From: Corynebacterium glutamicum ATCC 13032
GTDB lineage: Bacteria; Actinomycetota; Actinomycetes; Mycobacteriales; Mycobacteriaceae
Reading direction: 5' to 3'
Length of the DNA: 32,000 nt
Assembly (NCBI RefSeq): GCF_000011325.1
Contig: NC_003450.3
Location: 660,001 to 692,000, forward strand
Below the pieces are notes generated by a model, which was not told where the DNA came from, searched no databases, and saw only the letters and a program-made list of their open reading frames with translations. Shown in pieces: positions 8,189 through 16,214 of the stretch. Position numbers and translations under genes: made by a program. The stretch's first letter is position 1. Each line of letters starts with the position of its first letter.

Positions 8189-10468
8189 GTGACCATAAAA
8201 CAGACTGACAACATCAATGACGATGATTTGGTGTACAGCAACGCTACTGACCTTCCAGTAGGCGTGAAGAAGTCCCCTAAAATGTCACCGACCGCCCGCG
8301 TTGGTCTCCTTGTCTTTGGGGTTATCGCGGCGGTGGGTTGGGGAGCAATCGCTTTCTCCCGTGGCGAAACAATCAACTCTGTGTGGCTGGTTTTGGCGGC
8401 AGTTGGTTCCTATATCATTGCGTTTTCTTTCTATGCCCGACTGATTGAATACAAAGTTGTTAAGCCGAAAGATCAGCGAGCAACCCCGGCGGAATACGTT
8501 AATGACGGCAAGGACTATGTCCCAACGGATCGTCGTGTGCTTTTTGGCCACCACTTTGCAGCTATTGCAGGTGCCGGTCCATTGGTTGGACCTGTCATGG
8601 CCGCGCAGATGGGCTACCTGCCAGGCACCTTGTGGATTATCCTCGGTGTGATTTTCGCCGGTGCAGTGCAGGACTACCTAGTGCTGTGGGTGTCTACTCG
8701 TAGGCGTGGACGCTCACTTGGCCAGATGGTTCGTGATGAAATGGGCACGGTCGGTGGAGCTGCCGGTATCTTGGCGACCATCTCCATCATGATCATCATT
8801 ATCGCGGTGCTCGCATTGATCGTGGTTAATGCACTGGCTGATTCACCATGGGGCGTTTTCTCCATCACCATGACCATCCCAATTGCACTGTTCATGGGTG
8901 TGTACTTGCGTTACCTGCGCCCAGGTCGTGTTACTGAAGTGTCCATCATCGGTGTGGCACTGCTCCTGCTGGCTATCGTTGCTGGTGGTTGGGTTGCAGA
9001 CACCTCATGGGGCGTGGAATGGTTCACCTGGTCTAAGACCACTTTGGCGTTGGCCTTGATCGGTTACGGAATCATGGCTGCGATTTTGCCGGTGTGGCTG
9101 CTGCTTGCACCGCGCGATTACCTGTCTACCTTTATGAAGATCGGCGTCATCGGTCTGTTGGCAGTGGGTATTTTGTTCGCACGTCCTGAGGTGCAGATGC
9201 CTTCCGTGACCTCCTTCGCACTTGAGGGCAACGGTCCGGTGTTCTCTGGAAGTCTGTTCCCATTCCTGTTCATCACGATTGCCTGTGGTGCACTGTCTGG
9301 TTTCCACGCACTGATTTCTTCAGGAACCACACCAAAGCTTGTGGAGAAGGAATCCCAGATGCGCATGCTCGGCTACGGCGGCATGTTGATGGAATCTTTC
9401 GTGGCGATGATGGCACTGATCACCGCTGTTATTCTGGATCGTCACCTGTACTTCTCCATGAACGCTCCGCTGGCACTGACTGGTGGAGATCCAGCAACCG
9501 CAGCTGAGTGGGTTAACTCCATTGGGCTGACAGGTGCGGATATCACCCCGGAACAGCTGTCGGAAGCTGCTGAAAGTGTCGGAGAATCCACTGTTATTTC
9601 CCGTACCGGTGGCGCACCAACCTTGGCGTTCGGTATGTCTGAAATCCTCTCCGGATTCATCGGCGGCGCTGGAATGAAGGCGTTCTGGTACCACTTCGCC
9701 ATCATGTTTGAGGCTCTGTTCATCCTCACTACTGTGGATGCAGGTACTCGTGTGGCTCGCTTTATGATGACCGATACCTTGGGCAATGTTCCAGGTCTGC
9801 GCCGTTTCAAGGATCCTTCATGGACTGTCGGTAACTGGATTTCTACCGTGTTTGTGTGTGCTCTATGGGGTGCTATTTTGCTCATGGGTGTTACCGATCC
9901 ACTGGGCGGCATCAACGTGCTTTTCCCACTATTCGGTATCGCTAACCAGCTGCTCGCCGCTATTGCACTTGCTCTCGTGCTGGTTGTTGTGGTGAAGAAG
10001 GGCCTGTACAAGTGGGCGTGGATTCCAGCTGTTCCTTTGGCATGGGATCTCATTGTCACGATGACTGCGTCATGGCAGAAGATTTTCCACTCTGATCCGG
10101 CTATTGGCTACTGGGCTCAGAACGCGAACTTCCGCGATGCAAAGTCTCAAGGCCTTACCGAATTTGGTGCCGCTAAATCTCCTGAGGCAATCGATGCGGT
10201 TATCCGAAACACCATGATTCAGGGCATCTTGTCCATCCTGTTCGCGGTGCTCGTCCTCGTTGTTGTCGGCGCAGCCATTGCGGTGTGCATCAAGTCCATC
10301 AGGGCTCGTGCAGCCGGAACACCTTTGGAGACCACTGAAGAGCCTGATACTGAATCTGAGTTCTTCGCCCCAACTGGATTCCTTGCATCTTCCAGGGATA
10401 AGGAAGTCCAGGCCATGTGGGACGAGCGCTACCCAGGCGGTGCGCCCGTGTCTTCTGGAGGGCACTAA
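8189..10468 (+). CDS. cstA: Carbon starvation protein A family transporter (peptide/pyruvate uptake family)
   Basis: Polytopic membrane protein with CstA signatures (FGHHFAAIAGAGPLVGPV, ITIACGALSGFHALISSGTTPK, FEALFILTTVDAGTR). The tracked ORF from 8024 adds a non-homologous Cys/His-rich extension. The in-frame GTG at 8189 (VTIKQTDN...) gives 759 aa. The exact start is uncertain; an alternative ATG lies at 8282. Confidence 0.88.
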   Translation: MTIKQTDNINDDDLVYSNATDLPVGVKKSPKMSPTARVGLLVFGVIAAVGWGAIAFSRGETINSVWLVLAAVGSYIIAFSFYARLIEYKVVKPKDQRATPAEYVNDGKDYVPTDRRVLFGHHFAAIAGAGPLVGPVMAAQMGYLPGTLWIILGVIFAGAVQDYLVLWVSTRRRGRSLGQMVRDEMGTVGGAAGILATISIMIIIIAVLALIVVNALADSPWGVFSITMTIPIALFMGVYLRYLRPGRVTEVSIIGVALLLLAIVAGGWVADTSWGVEWFTWSKTTLALALIGYGIMAAILPVWLLLAPRDYLSTFMKIGVIGLLAVGILFARPEVQMPSVTSFALEGNGPVFSGSLFPFLFITIACGALSGFHALISSGTTPKLVEKESQMRMLGYGGMLMESFVAMMALITAVILDRHLYFSMNAPLALTGGDPATAAEWVNSIGLTGADITPEQLSEAAESVGESTVISRTGGAPTLAFGMSEILSGFIGGAGMKAFWYHFAIMFEALFILTTVDAGTRVARFMMTDTLGNVPGLRRFKDPSWTVGNWISTVFVCALWGAILLMGVTDPLGGINVLFPLFGIANQLLAAIALALVLVVVVKKGLYKWAWIPAVPLAWDLIVTMTASWQKIFHSDPAIGYWAQNANFRDAKSQGLTEFGAAKSPEAIDAVIRNTMIQGILSILFAVLVLVVVGAAIAVCIKSIRARAAGTPLETTEEPDTESEFFAPTGFLASSRDKEVQAMWDERYPGGAPVSSGGH

Positions 10469-10471
10469 AAC

Positions 10472-10675
10472 ATGATGGCTCTTACTCATGCACTGTGGAA
10501 AATCCCGCGGGCGGTGTGGTGGTATCTCACTGAGCTCATGGGGGACACGGCGTATTCCAAGTATGTGGTGCACTTAAAGCACCACCATCCGGATGCTCCG
10601 ATTCCTACTGAGCGGGAGTATTGGCGGGCAAAGTATGCAGATCAGGACGCTAATCCTGGTGCCCGCTGCTGCTAG
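10472..10675 (+). CDS. YbdD/YjiX-family small protein (DUF466), CstA-associated
   Basis: 67 aa with the DUF466 hallmarks (YxxYVxHxxxxHPDxPxxxxxEFxR...). It ends in RCC and starts 4 nt after the cstA stop. This is the conserved cstA-ybdD gene pairing. Confidence 0.85.
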   Translation: MMALTHALWKIPRAVWWYLTELMGDTAYSKYVVHLKHHHPDAPIPTEREYWRAKYADQDANPGARCC

Positions 10676-10683
10676 ATAAAACG

Positions 10684-10724
10684 AAAAGGCGCGTTGATTC
10701 TTAACTGAGTCAACGCGCCTTTTA
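10684..10724 (+). terminator. Rho-independent terminator of cstA-ybdD
   Basis: GGCGCGTTGA (10688-10697) pairs with TCAACGCGCC (10710-10719) and is followed by TTTTA. An A-run lies upstream. Confidence 0.8.
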
Positions 10725-10752
10725 TCTGTGGCAGGAAGCGATTAGCCGCGAA

Positions 10753-10879
10753 CCAAACCAGGTGACCGAAAAACTTCCGCCACTCAATTTTCGGCCACAT
10801 AGGACAGTTATCAGCGCTCGAAACCAGTCCATATGACCGAAGAACTCTCAAAACTTCTCCCGTAGGTCACCTGGTTTGG
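10753..10879. repeat. 127-bp element bounded by perfect 15-bp inverted repeats (CCAAACCAGGTGACC / GGTCACCTGGTTTGG)
   Basis: The left arm is 10753-10767 and the right arm 10865-10879; they are exact reverse complements. The interior carries a degenerate third copy (AAACCAG-tccata-TGACCGAAGAAC at about 10821-10846) and the direct repeats GACCGAAAAACTTCC / GACCGAAGAACTCTC. Confidence 0.7.
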
Positions 10880-11004
10880 AATGAAGAGCGAGGCCACCCC
10901 AAAAAAGACTTTGCTTATCGACGCCTCCCTCCAGCGTCCAAGAATATGCCCCCGCGCGCCGGGTGGGGAGCGAAGGGAACCCCCAAGGAATTGGCGTTGA
11001 GGTG

Positions 11005-11071
11005 GTGATTTTGCATGTTTTACTCAAAATCACTTTGATGGTCACAAAATTACACAACTTTTACAGTGACC
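11005..11071. promoter_or_regulatory. Inverted repeats in the prpD2 promoter region (candidate operator, possibly PrpR)
   Basis: GTGATTTTG (11005-11013) and CAAAATCAC (11025-11033) form a perfect 9-bp inverted repeat. GGTCAC (11040-11045) and GTGACC (11066-11071) form a second one. Both lie 70-135 nt upstream of the prpD2 ATG. Confidence 0.4.
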
Positions 11072-11140
11072 TACATTGCTTTTTAAAGAATTAGTGTGGT
11101 GTGCAACATTAGTTCGTTGAGAAGGAGTCACATTCCAGCC

Positions 11141-12656
11141 ATGATTAACCACGAAGTGCGCACCCACCGTTCTGCGGAAGAGTTCCCGTACGAGGAGCAC
11201 CTGGCTCACAAGATCGCTCGCGTTGCAGCCGACCCAGTTGAGGTTGCTGCGGACACTCAGGAAATGATCATCAACCGCATCATCGACAATGCATCGGTGC
11301 AGGCAGCTTCCGTGTTGCGTCGACCAGTTAGCTCTGCCCGTGCGATGGCACAGGTCAGGCCAGTTACCGATGGTCGGGGTGCATCTGTTTTCGGTCTGCC
11401 AGGACGTTATGCCGCGGAATGGGCTGCGCTTGCTAACGGCACTGCGGTGCGTGAGCTTGATTTCCATGACACGTTCCTCGCTGCGGAATACTCCCACCCA
11501 GGAGATAACATTCCTCCGATTTTGGCTGCAGCACAGCAGGCTGGAAAAGGTGGCAAGGATCTGATCCGTGGCATCGCTACTGGGTATGAGATTCAGGTTA
11601 ACTTGGTGCGTGGAATGTGCCTGCATGAGCACAAGATTGATCACGTTGCTCATCTTGGACCATCAGCGGCTGCTGGTATCGGAACCTTGCTAGACCTAGA
11701 TGTGGAACACCATCTACCAGGCAATTGGTCAGGCATTGCACACCACCACGGCGACGAGGCAGTCCCGTAAAGGTGCGATTTCTTCATGGAAGGCATTTGC
11801 TCCTGCGTTTGCGGGCAAGATGTCCATCGAGGCAGTAGATCGCGCAATGCGTGGCGAGGGCGCACCGTCACCAATCTGGGAAGGCGAAGACGGCGTAATC
11901 GCGTGGCTGCTGTCCGGTCTTGATCACATCTACACCATTCCTTTGCCTGCAGAAGGTGAAGCCAAACGAGCAATCTTGGATACCTACACCAAGGAACACT
12001 CGGCGGAATACCAGTCACAGGCACCGATCGACTTGGCGCGCAGCATGGGGGAGAAGCTGGCAGCACAGGGCTTGGACCTGCGTGATGTGGACTCCATCGT
12101 TTTGCACACCTCCCACCACACTCACTACGTGATCGGCACCGGATCTAATGATCCACAGAAGTTCGATCCAGATGCATCGCGAGAAACCCTTGATCACTCC
12201 ATCATGTACATTTTCGCTGTCGCGCTGGAGGATCGCGCGTGGCACCACGAGCGTTCCTATGCTCCTGAGCGAGCCCACCGCCGAGAGACCATCGAGCTGT
12301 GGAACAAGATTTCCACGGTGGAGGATCCTGAATGGACCAGGCGTTACCACTCCGTTGATCCTGCAGAAAAGGCCTTCGGCGCACGCGCAGTGATCACCTT
12401 CAAGGATGGAACCGTCGTGGAAGATGAACTGGCTGTGGCGGATGCGCATCCTCTGGGAGCACGGCCTTTCGCTAGGGAGCAGTACATTCAGAAATTCCGC
12501 ACCTTGGCTGAAGGTGTTGTGTCCGAAAAGGAACAGGATCGCTTCTTGGATGCGGCACAGCGTACGCACGAGCTTGAGGATCTTTCAGAACTCAACATTG
12601 AATTGGATGCCGATATTTTGGCCAAGGCTCCTGTGATTCCGGAAGGACTGTTCTGA
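11141..12656 (+). pseudogene. prpD2: 2-methylcitrate dehydratase (MmgE/PrpD family), interrupted by a +1 frameshift near 11708
   Basis: The ATG at 11141 is preceded by GAAGGAG. PrpD homology runs in the frame of 11141 up to ...[11 protein letters not shown], then continues as [22 protein letters not shown]... in the frame of 11700. The span is 1516 nt (3n+1). The first frame stops at 11770. The second frame ends in a TGATG overlap with prpB2. Confidence 0.8.
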
Positions 12657-13579
12657 TGGCGGGTTTGTTTTCCTCTGCTGTTGCACCAACGGAGCGTCGA
12701 AAAGCATTACGCGCGGCACTGGCTGCGCCTGAAATTGCCCGCATGCCTGGTGCATTCTCCCCGCTGGCGGCGCGCGCAATCCAGGAAGCCGGATTTGAAG
12801 GCGTGTACGTCTCGGGCGCCGTCGTGGCGGCTGACCTTGCATTGCCGGATATCGGCTTGACCACATTGACCGAAGTGGCGCACCGCTCCCGGCAGATCGC
12901 ACGCGTGACAGACTTGCCCGTGCTGGTCGACGCCGACACCGGCTTCGGCGAACCCATGTCCGCAGCGCGCACCGTCTCCGAACTCGAAGATGCAGGTGTC
13001 GCGGGCTGCCACCTGGAAGATCAAGTCAACCCCAAACGCTGTGGGCACCTGGACGGAAAAGAAGTAGTGGGCACGGACATCATGGTTCGTCGCATCGCCG
13101 CAGCTGTCAACGAGCGTCGCGATGAGCAATTCGTCATCTGCGCTCGCACCGACGCCGCGGGAGTGGAAGGCATCGACTCCGCGATCGAGCGCGCCAAAGC
13201 TTACGCGGATGCCGGCGCCGACATGATCTTCACCGAAGCGCTGTACAGCCCTGCAGATTTTGAAAAATTCCGCGCGGCCGTCGACATTCCGCTGCTGGCC
13301 AACATGACGGAATTTGGCAAAACCGAACTTCTGCCCGCGCAGCTTCTGGAAGACATCGGATACAACGCAGTGATCTACCCAGTGACCCTGCTGCGCATTG
13401 CGATGGGACAGGTCGAACAAGCTCTCGGCGACATTGCAAACACCGGAATCCAAACCGACTGGGTCGACCGGATGCAACACCGATCCAGGCTGTATGAGCT
13501 GCTGCGCTACAACGAGTACAACGCTTTCGACCAGCAAGTATTCACCTATTCCGCTGACAGCTACAAGCCCATCTTCTAA
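12656..13579 (+). CDS. prpB2: 2-methylisocitrate lyase
   Basis: 307 aa of the isocitrate lyase/PEP mutase superfamily, with PrpB motifs (MPGAFSPLAARA, VLVDADTGFG, GCHLEDQVNPKRCGH, ARTDA). The start overlaps the prpD2 stop. Confidence 0.92.
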   Translation: MAGLFSSAVAPTERRKALRAALAAPEIARMPGAFSPLAARAIQEAGFEGVYVSGAVVAADLALPDIGLTTLTEVAHRSRQIARVTDLPVLVDADTGFGEPMSAARTVSELEDAGVAGCHLEDQVNPKRCGHLDGKEVVGTDIMVRRIAAAVNERRDEQFVICARTDAAGVEGIDSAIERAKAYADAGADMIFTEALYSPADFEKFRAAVDIPLLANMTEFGKTELLPAQLLEDIGYNAVIYPVTLLRIAMGQVEQALGDIANTGIQTDWVDRMQHRSRLYELLRYNEYNAFDQQVFTYSADSYKPIF

Positions 13580-13607
13580 CCCGCCTATATATAAGGAGTG
13601 AATCACC

Positions 13608-14759
13608 ATGTCCAGCGCCACAACCACTGATGTTCGCAAAGGGCTCTACGGAGTCATCGCCGATTACACGGCCGTTTCCAAAGTCATGCCAGAGACCAAT
13701 TCACTGACCTACCGTGGCTACGCGGTGGAAGATTTGGTGGAAAACTGCAGCTTCGAGGAGGTGTTTTACCTCCTGTGGCACGGCGAGCTGCCCACTGCGC
13801 AACAACTTGCGGAGTTCAATGAGCGTGGCCGTTCCTACCGCTCCCTGGATGCCGGTTTGATCTCCCTGATCCACTCTTTGCCCAAAGAAGCCCACCCGAT
13901 GGATGTTATGCGCACCGCGGTGTCCTACATGGGCACCAAGGATTCCGAGTATTTCACCACCGATTCTGAGCACATCCGCAAAGTTGGCCACACCTTGTTG
14001 GCGCAGCTTCCGATGGTGCTAGCCATGGATATTCGTCGCCGCAAGGGCCTCGATATCATCGCCCCTGACTCCAGCAAGTCAGTCGCCGAAAACCTGCTGT
14101 CTATGGTGTTTGGTACTGGCCCGGAATCACCTGCATCCAACCCAGCTGACGTCCGCGATTTTGAGAAATCACTGATCCTCTACGCCGAGCACTCCTTCAA
14201 CGCCTCCACCTTCACCGCCCGCGTGATCACCTCCACCAAATCGGATGTGTACTCCGCAATCACCGGCGCGATCGGTGCTCTCAAGGGCCCATTGCACGGT
14301 GGCGCCAACGAGTTTGTCATGCACACCATGTTGGCGATCGACGATCCCAACAAGGCCGCCGCCTGGATCAACAACGCTTTGGACAACAAGAATGTGGTCA
14401 TGGGCTTTGGCCACCGCGTGTACAAGCGCGGCGATTCCCGCGTGCCATCAATGGAGAAGTCCTTCCGGGAATTAGCTGCCCGCCACGACGGCGAAAAGTG
14501 GGTTGCCATGTATGAAAACATGCGCGACGCCATGGACGCCCGCACCGGCATCAAGCCGAATCTCGATTTCCCTGCTGGCCCTGCCTACCACCTGCTCGGT
14601 TTCCCGGTCGATTTCTTCACCCCGCTGTTCGTCATCGCCCGCGTCGCCGGCTGGACGGCCCACATCGTGGAGCAGTACGAAAACAACTCGCTCATCCGCC
14701 CACTGTCCGAGTACAACGGCGAGGAGCAGCGCGAGGTCGCGCCCATTGAAAAGCGCTAA
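13608..14759 (+). CDS. prpC2: 2-methylcitrate synthase (citrate synthase family)
   Basis: 383 aa with citrate-synthase signatures (LYAEHSFNASTF, GPLHGGAN, GFGHRVYK). An AAGGAG ribosome-binding site precedes it. It is the third gene of the prp operon. Confidence 0.92.
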   Translation: MSSATTTDVRKGLYGVIADYTAVSKVMPETNSLTYRGYAVEDLVENCSFEEVFYLLWHGELPTAQQLAEFNERGRSYRSLDAGLISLIHSLPKEAHPMDVMRTAVSYMGTKDSEYFTTDSEHIRKVGHTLLAQLPMVLAMDIRRRKGLDIIAPDSSKSVAENLLSMVFGTGPESPASNPADVRDFEKSLILYAEHSFNASTFTARVITSTKSDVYSAITGAIGALKGPLHGGANEFVMHTMLAIDDPNKAAAWINNALDNKNVVMGFGHRVYKRGDSRVPSMEKSFRELAARHDGEKWVAMYENMRDAMDARTGIKPNLDFPAGPAYHLLGFPVDFFTPLFVIARVAGWTAHIVEQYENNSLIRPLSEYNGEEQREVAPIEKR

Positions 14760-14795
14760 AAGATTTTCGCTTTTCGACGCCCCCTCCCACTCATT

Positions 14796-15098
14796 TCAGC
14801 CATGGTGCAACATTCTCGTCCCCACCATGTTCTTCTGACTCCCGGGAAGAACATGTTTCGCCACCGCTTCGCGCCACACGTAAAAATGCGGCGCGCAGCG
14901 GTGGGCATCAAGAGCCGCTTGATCCGCGTAAAGTTCGAAGAAACTGAAATGAAGCTCATCATCAACATCTTGTGAAACGTCGAAATACACGCAACCTTCT
15001 TCATCCTGAAAGCTGCGCTGCGCATTCTCCGAAATGGCGTTGAGGAATTCCTCTAGATGGCCAGGTTTAACGCGCAGATCAACGGTGAGTTACAACAT
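14796..15098 (-). pseudogene. ABM-domain (antibiotic biosynthesis monooxygenase-like) protein ORF with an in-frame TAA at codon 3; alternatively a shortened CDS from the GTG at 14990
   Basis: The minus-strand frame reads ATG TTG TAA then LTVDLRVKPGHLEEFLNAISENAQRSFQDEEGCVYFDVSQDVDDELHFSFFELYADQAALDAHRCAPHF..., a full ABM/ferredoxin-like fold pattern. The only canonical start after the TAA is the GTG at 14990 (64 aa), which would remove the first beta-alpha unit. The ORF overlaps the 3' end of the Ldh_2 gene by 20 nt. Confidence 0.45.
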
Positions 15099-16122
15099 GG
15101 TTCTCGATTGCCAGTTCTTGCAGTTCCATCCACGTTTTTTCAGGCAATGAAATACCGTGCGCAGAGTTTTTCCGATGCGCACGGTCTTCCGATTCACCGG
15201 GGTAGAAAATCTCCTCGGTGTTTTGTGCTTTCGGAGTGGATTTAACTTCCCCAACCAGATCGCTGAGTGCGTCATCGAAATCTTGTGGATCGCGAAACGC
15301 TGCAACATCCAACGCGATGAACAAGTGGCCAGCTCCACCTGGGGGAGTGGGATCATACGGACCATGTACCTTGGTGCTGTGCTGGGAACCAGTGAGAACT
15401 CCAGAAAGCACATCCATCATGAAGCTAATCGCATAACCTTTGTGACCAGCCATGGGAAGGACGACACCGTTGATTGCCTCAGCAGGATCCGTGGTGGGTG
15501 CGCCCTCACTCGTGATCGCCCAAGTCTCAGGAATGGGCATGTTTGTCTGTCGTGCGTGGTAGATCTTTCCGCGCGCAACCGCAGTATTGGCTATATCGAC
15601 TACCGTAGCCGTTTCTCCAAAAGGTGCCGCAATAGACCATGGGTTGGTACCGATCCGTTTTTCTCTGCCACCCCAGGGCGCCATCGCCGGAGATGCATTG
15701 GTGGTGAGAATGGAAACACATCCTTGCGCTGCCGCTTTCCGGGTGTAGTACATGGCAGTTCCAAAATGATTGGAGTTGCGCACCGACACCGCACCGATGC
15801 CGAACATCATTGCCCTAGTCACTGCTTCTTTACGAGCATGATCAGCTAAAACTTGGCCGATTCCATTGTGTCCATCCAACGCCAACACGGCACCCAAATC
15901 ATTGAGAACCTCCACGTGTGCATGTGTAGTCATCGCGCCACTGTGGAGTCTGCGCACATACCAAGGCAGTCGAAGCACACCGTGGGAGGGGTGACCCCAA
16001 AGATCAGCCTGCACCAAACTATCACCGACAAGATGGGCGTCTGCTGCAGGTACTCCAGTTTTGGTGAGGATGTCTGTGCAGAGAACAGTGAGTTGTTGGG
16101 CGTTGACAGTGACTTCTGGCAT
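15079..16122 (-). CDS. Ldh_2 family (malate/L-lactate/ureidoglycolate-type) NAD(P)H-dependent oxidoreductase
   Basis: PF02615-type sequence (GHPSHGVLRLPWY, VRNSNHFGTAMYY, GTNPWSIAAP, ARGKI, LPMAGHKGYAISFMMDVL). The ATG at 16122 is preceded by GAGGGA. The tracked start at 16182 adds 20 non-homologous residues. Confidence 0.85.
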   Translation of the reverse strand: MPEVTVNAQQLTVLCTDILTKTGVPAADAHLVGDSLVQADLWGHPSHGVLRLPWYVRRLHSGAMTTHAHVEVLNDLGAVLALDGHNGIGQVLADHARKEAVTRAMMFGIGAVSVRNSNHFGTAMYYTRKAAAQGCVSILTTNASPAMAPWGGREKRIGTNPWSIAAPFGETATVVDIANTAVARGKIYHARQTNMPIPETWAITSEGAPTTDPAEAINGVVLPMAGHKGYAISFMMDVLSGVLTGSQHSTKVHGPYDPTPPGGAGHLFIALDVAAFRDPQDFDDALSDLVGEVKSTPKAQNTEEIFYPGESEDRAHRKNSAHGISLPEKTWMELQELAIENHVVTHR

Positions 16123-16142
16123 GAATCCCTCAATTCGGTTTA

Positions 16143-16162
16143 GGTATACCGAAATGTATACC
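16143..16162. promoter_or_regulatory. Candidate GntR operator A: GTATAC-CGAAAT-GTATAC, just upstream of the Ldh_2 gene
   Basis: Two palindromic GTATAC hexamers (16144-16149 and 16156-16161) are separated by CGAAAT. A third hexamer, GTATAG, lies at 16171-16176. The GT-N2-AC cores fit the generic GntR-family operator form. The site is nearly identical to site B upstream of the GntR gene. Confidence 0.5.
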
Positions 16163-16214
16163 AGCAATAGGTATAGGCGCAACCCCCTTTAATCGCCATC
16201 AGTGCACGCTGGTT

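Noticed and set aside
10848-11057. 69-aa minus-strand ORF in the ybdD-prpD2 spacer
   Set aside because: It has no ribosome-binding site and no recognisable fold. It spans the repeat element and the prp operator region, so it is more likely non-coding regulatory DNA.
12707-13639. 310-aa minus-strand ORF, plus similar long antisense ORFs at 1193..1900, 9442..10059, 11042..11653, 20276..20788, 20872..21594, 23049..23906, 29094..29900, 30905..31483 and 31135..31734
   Set aside because: Each is co-extensive with, and antisense to, a gene with clear homology (prpB2, folD, cstA, prpD2, SIP, ATPase, permeases, binding protein). Their translations are Arg/Gly/Val- or Ser/Ala/Thr-rich without motifs. 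They are shadow ORFs.
14748-14775. Hairpin GAAAAGCG/CGCTTTTC at the end of prpC2 as a terminator
   Set aside because: The stem is short and AU-rich, and its T-run lies inside the stem rather than after it. It overlaps the coding end, so it is too weak to call.
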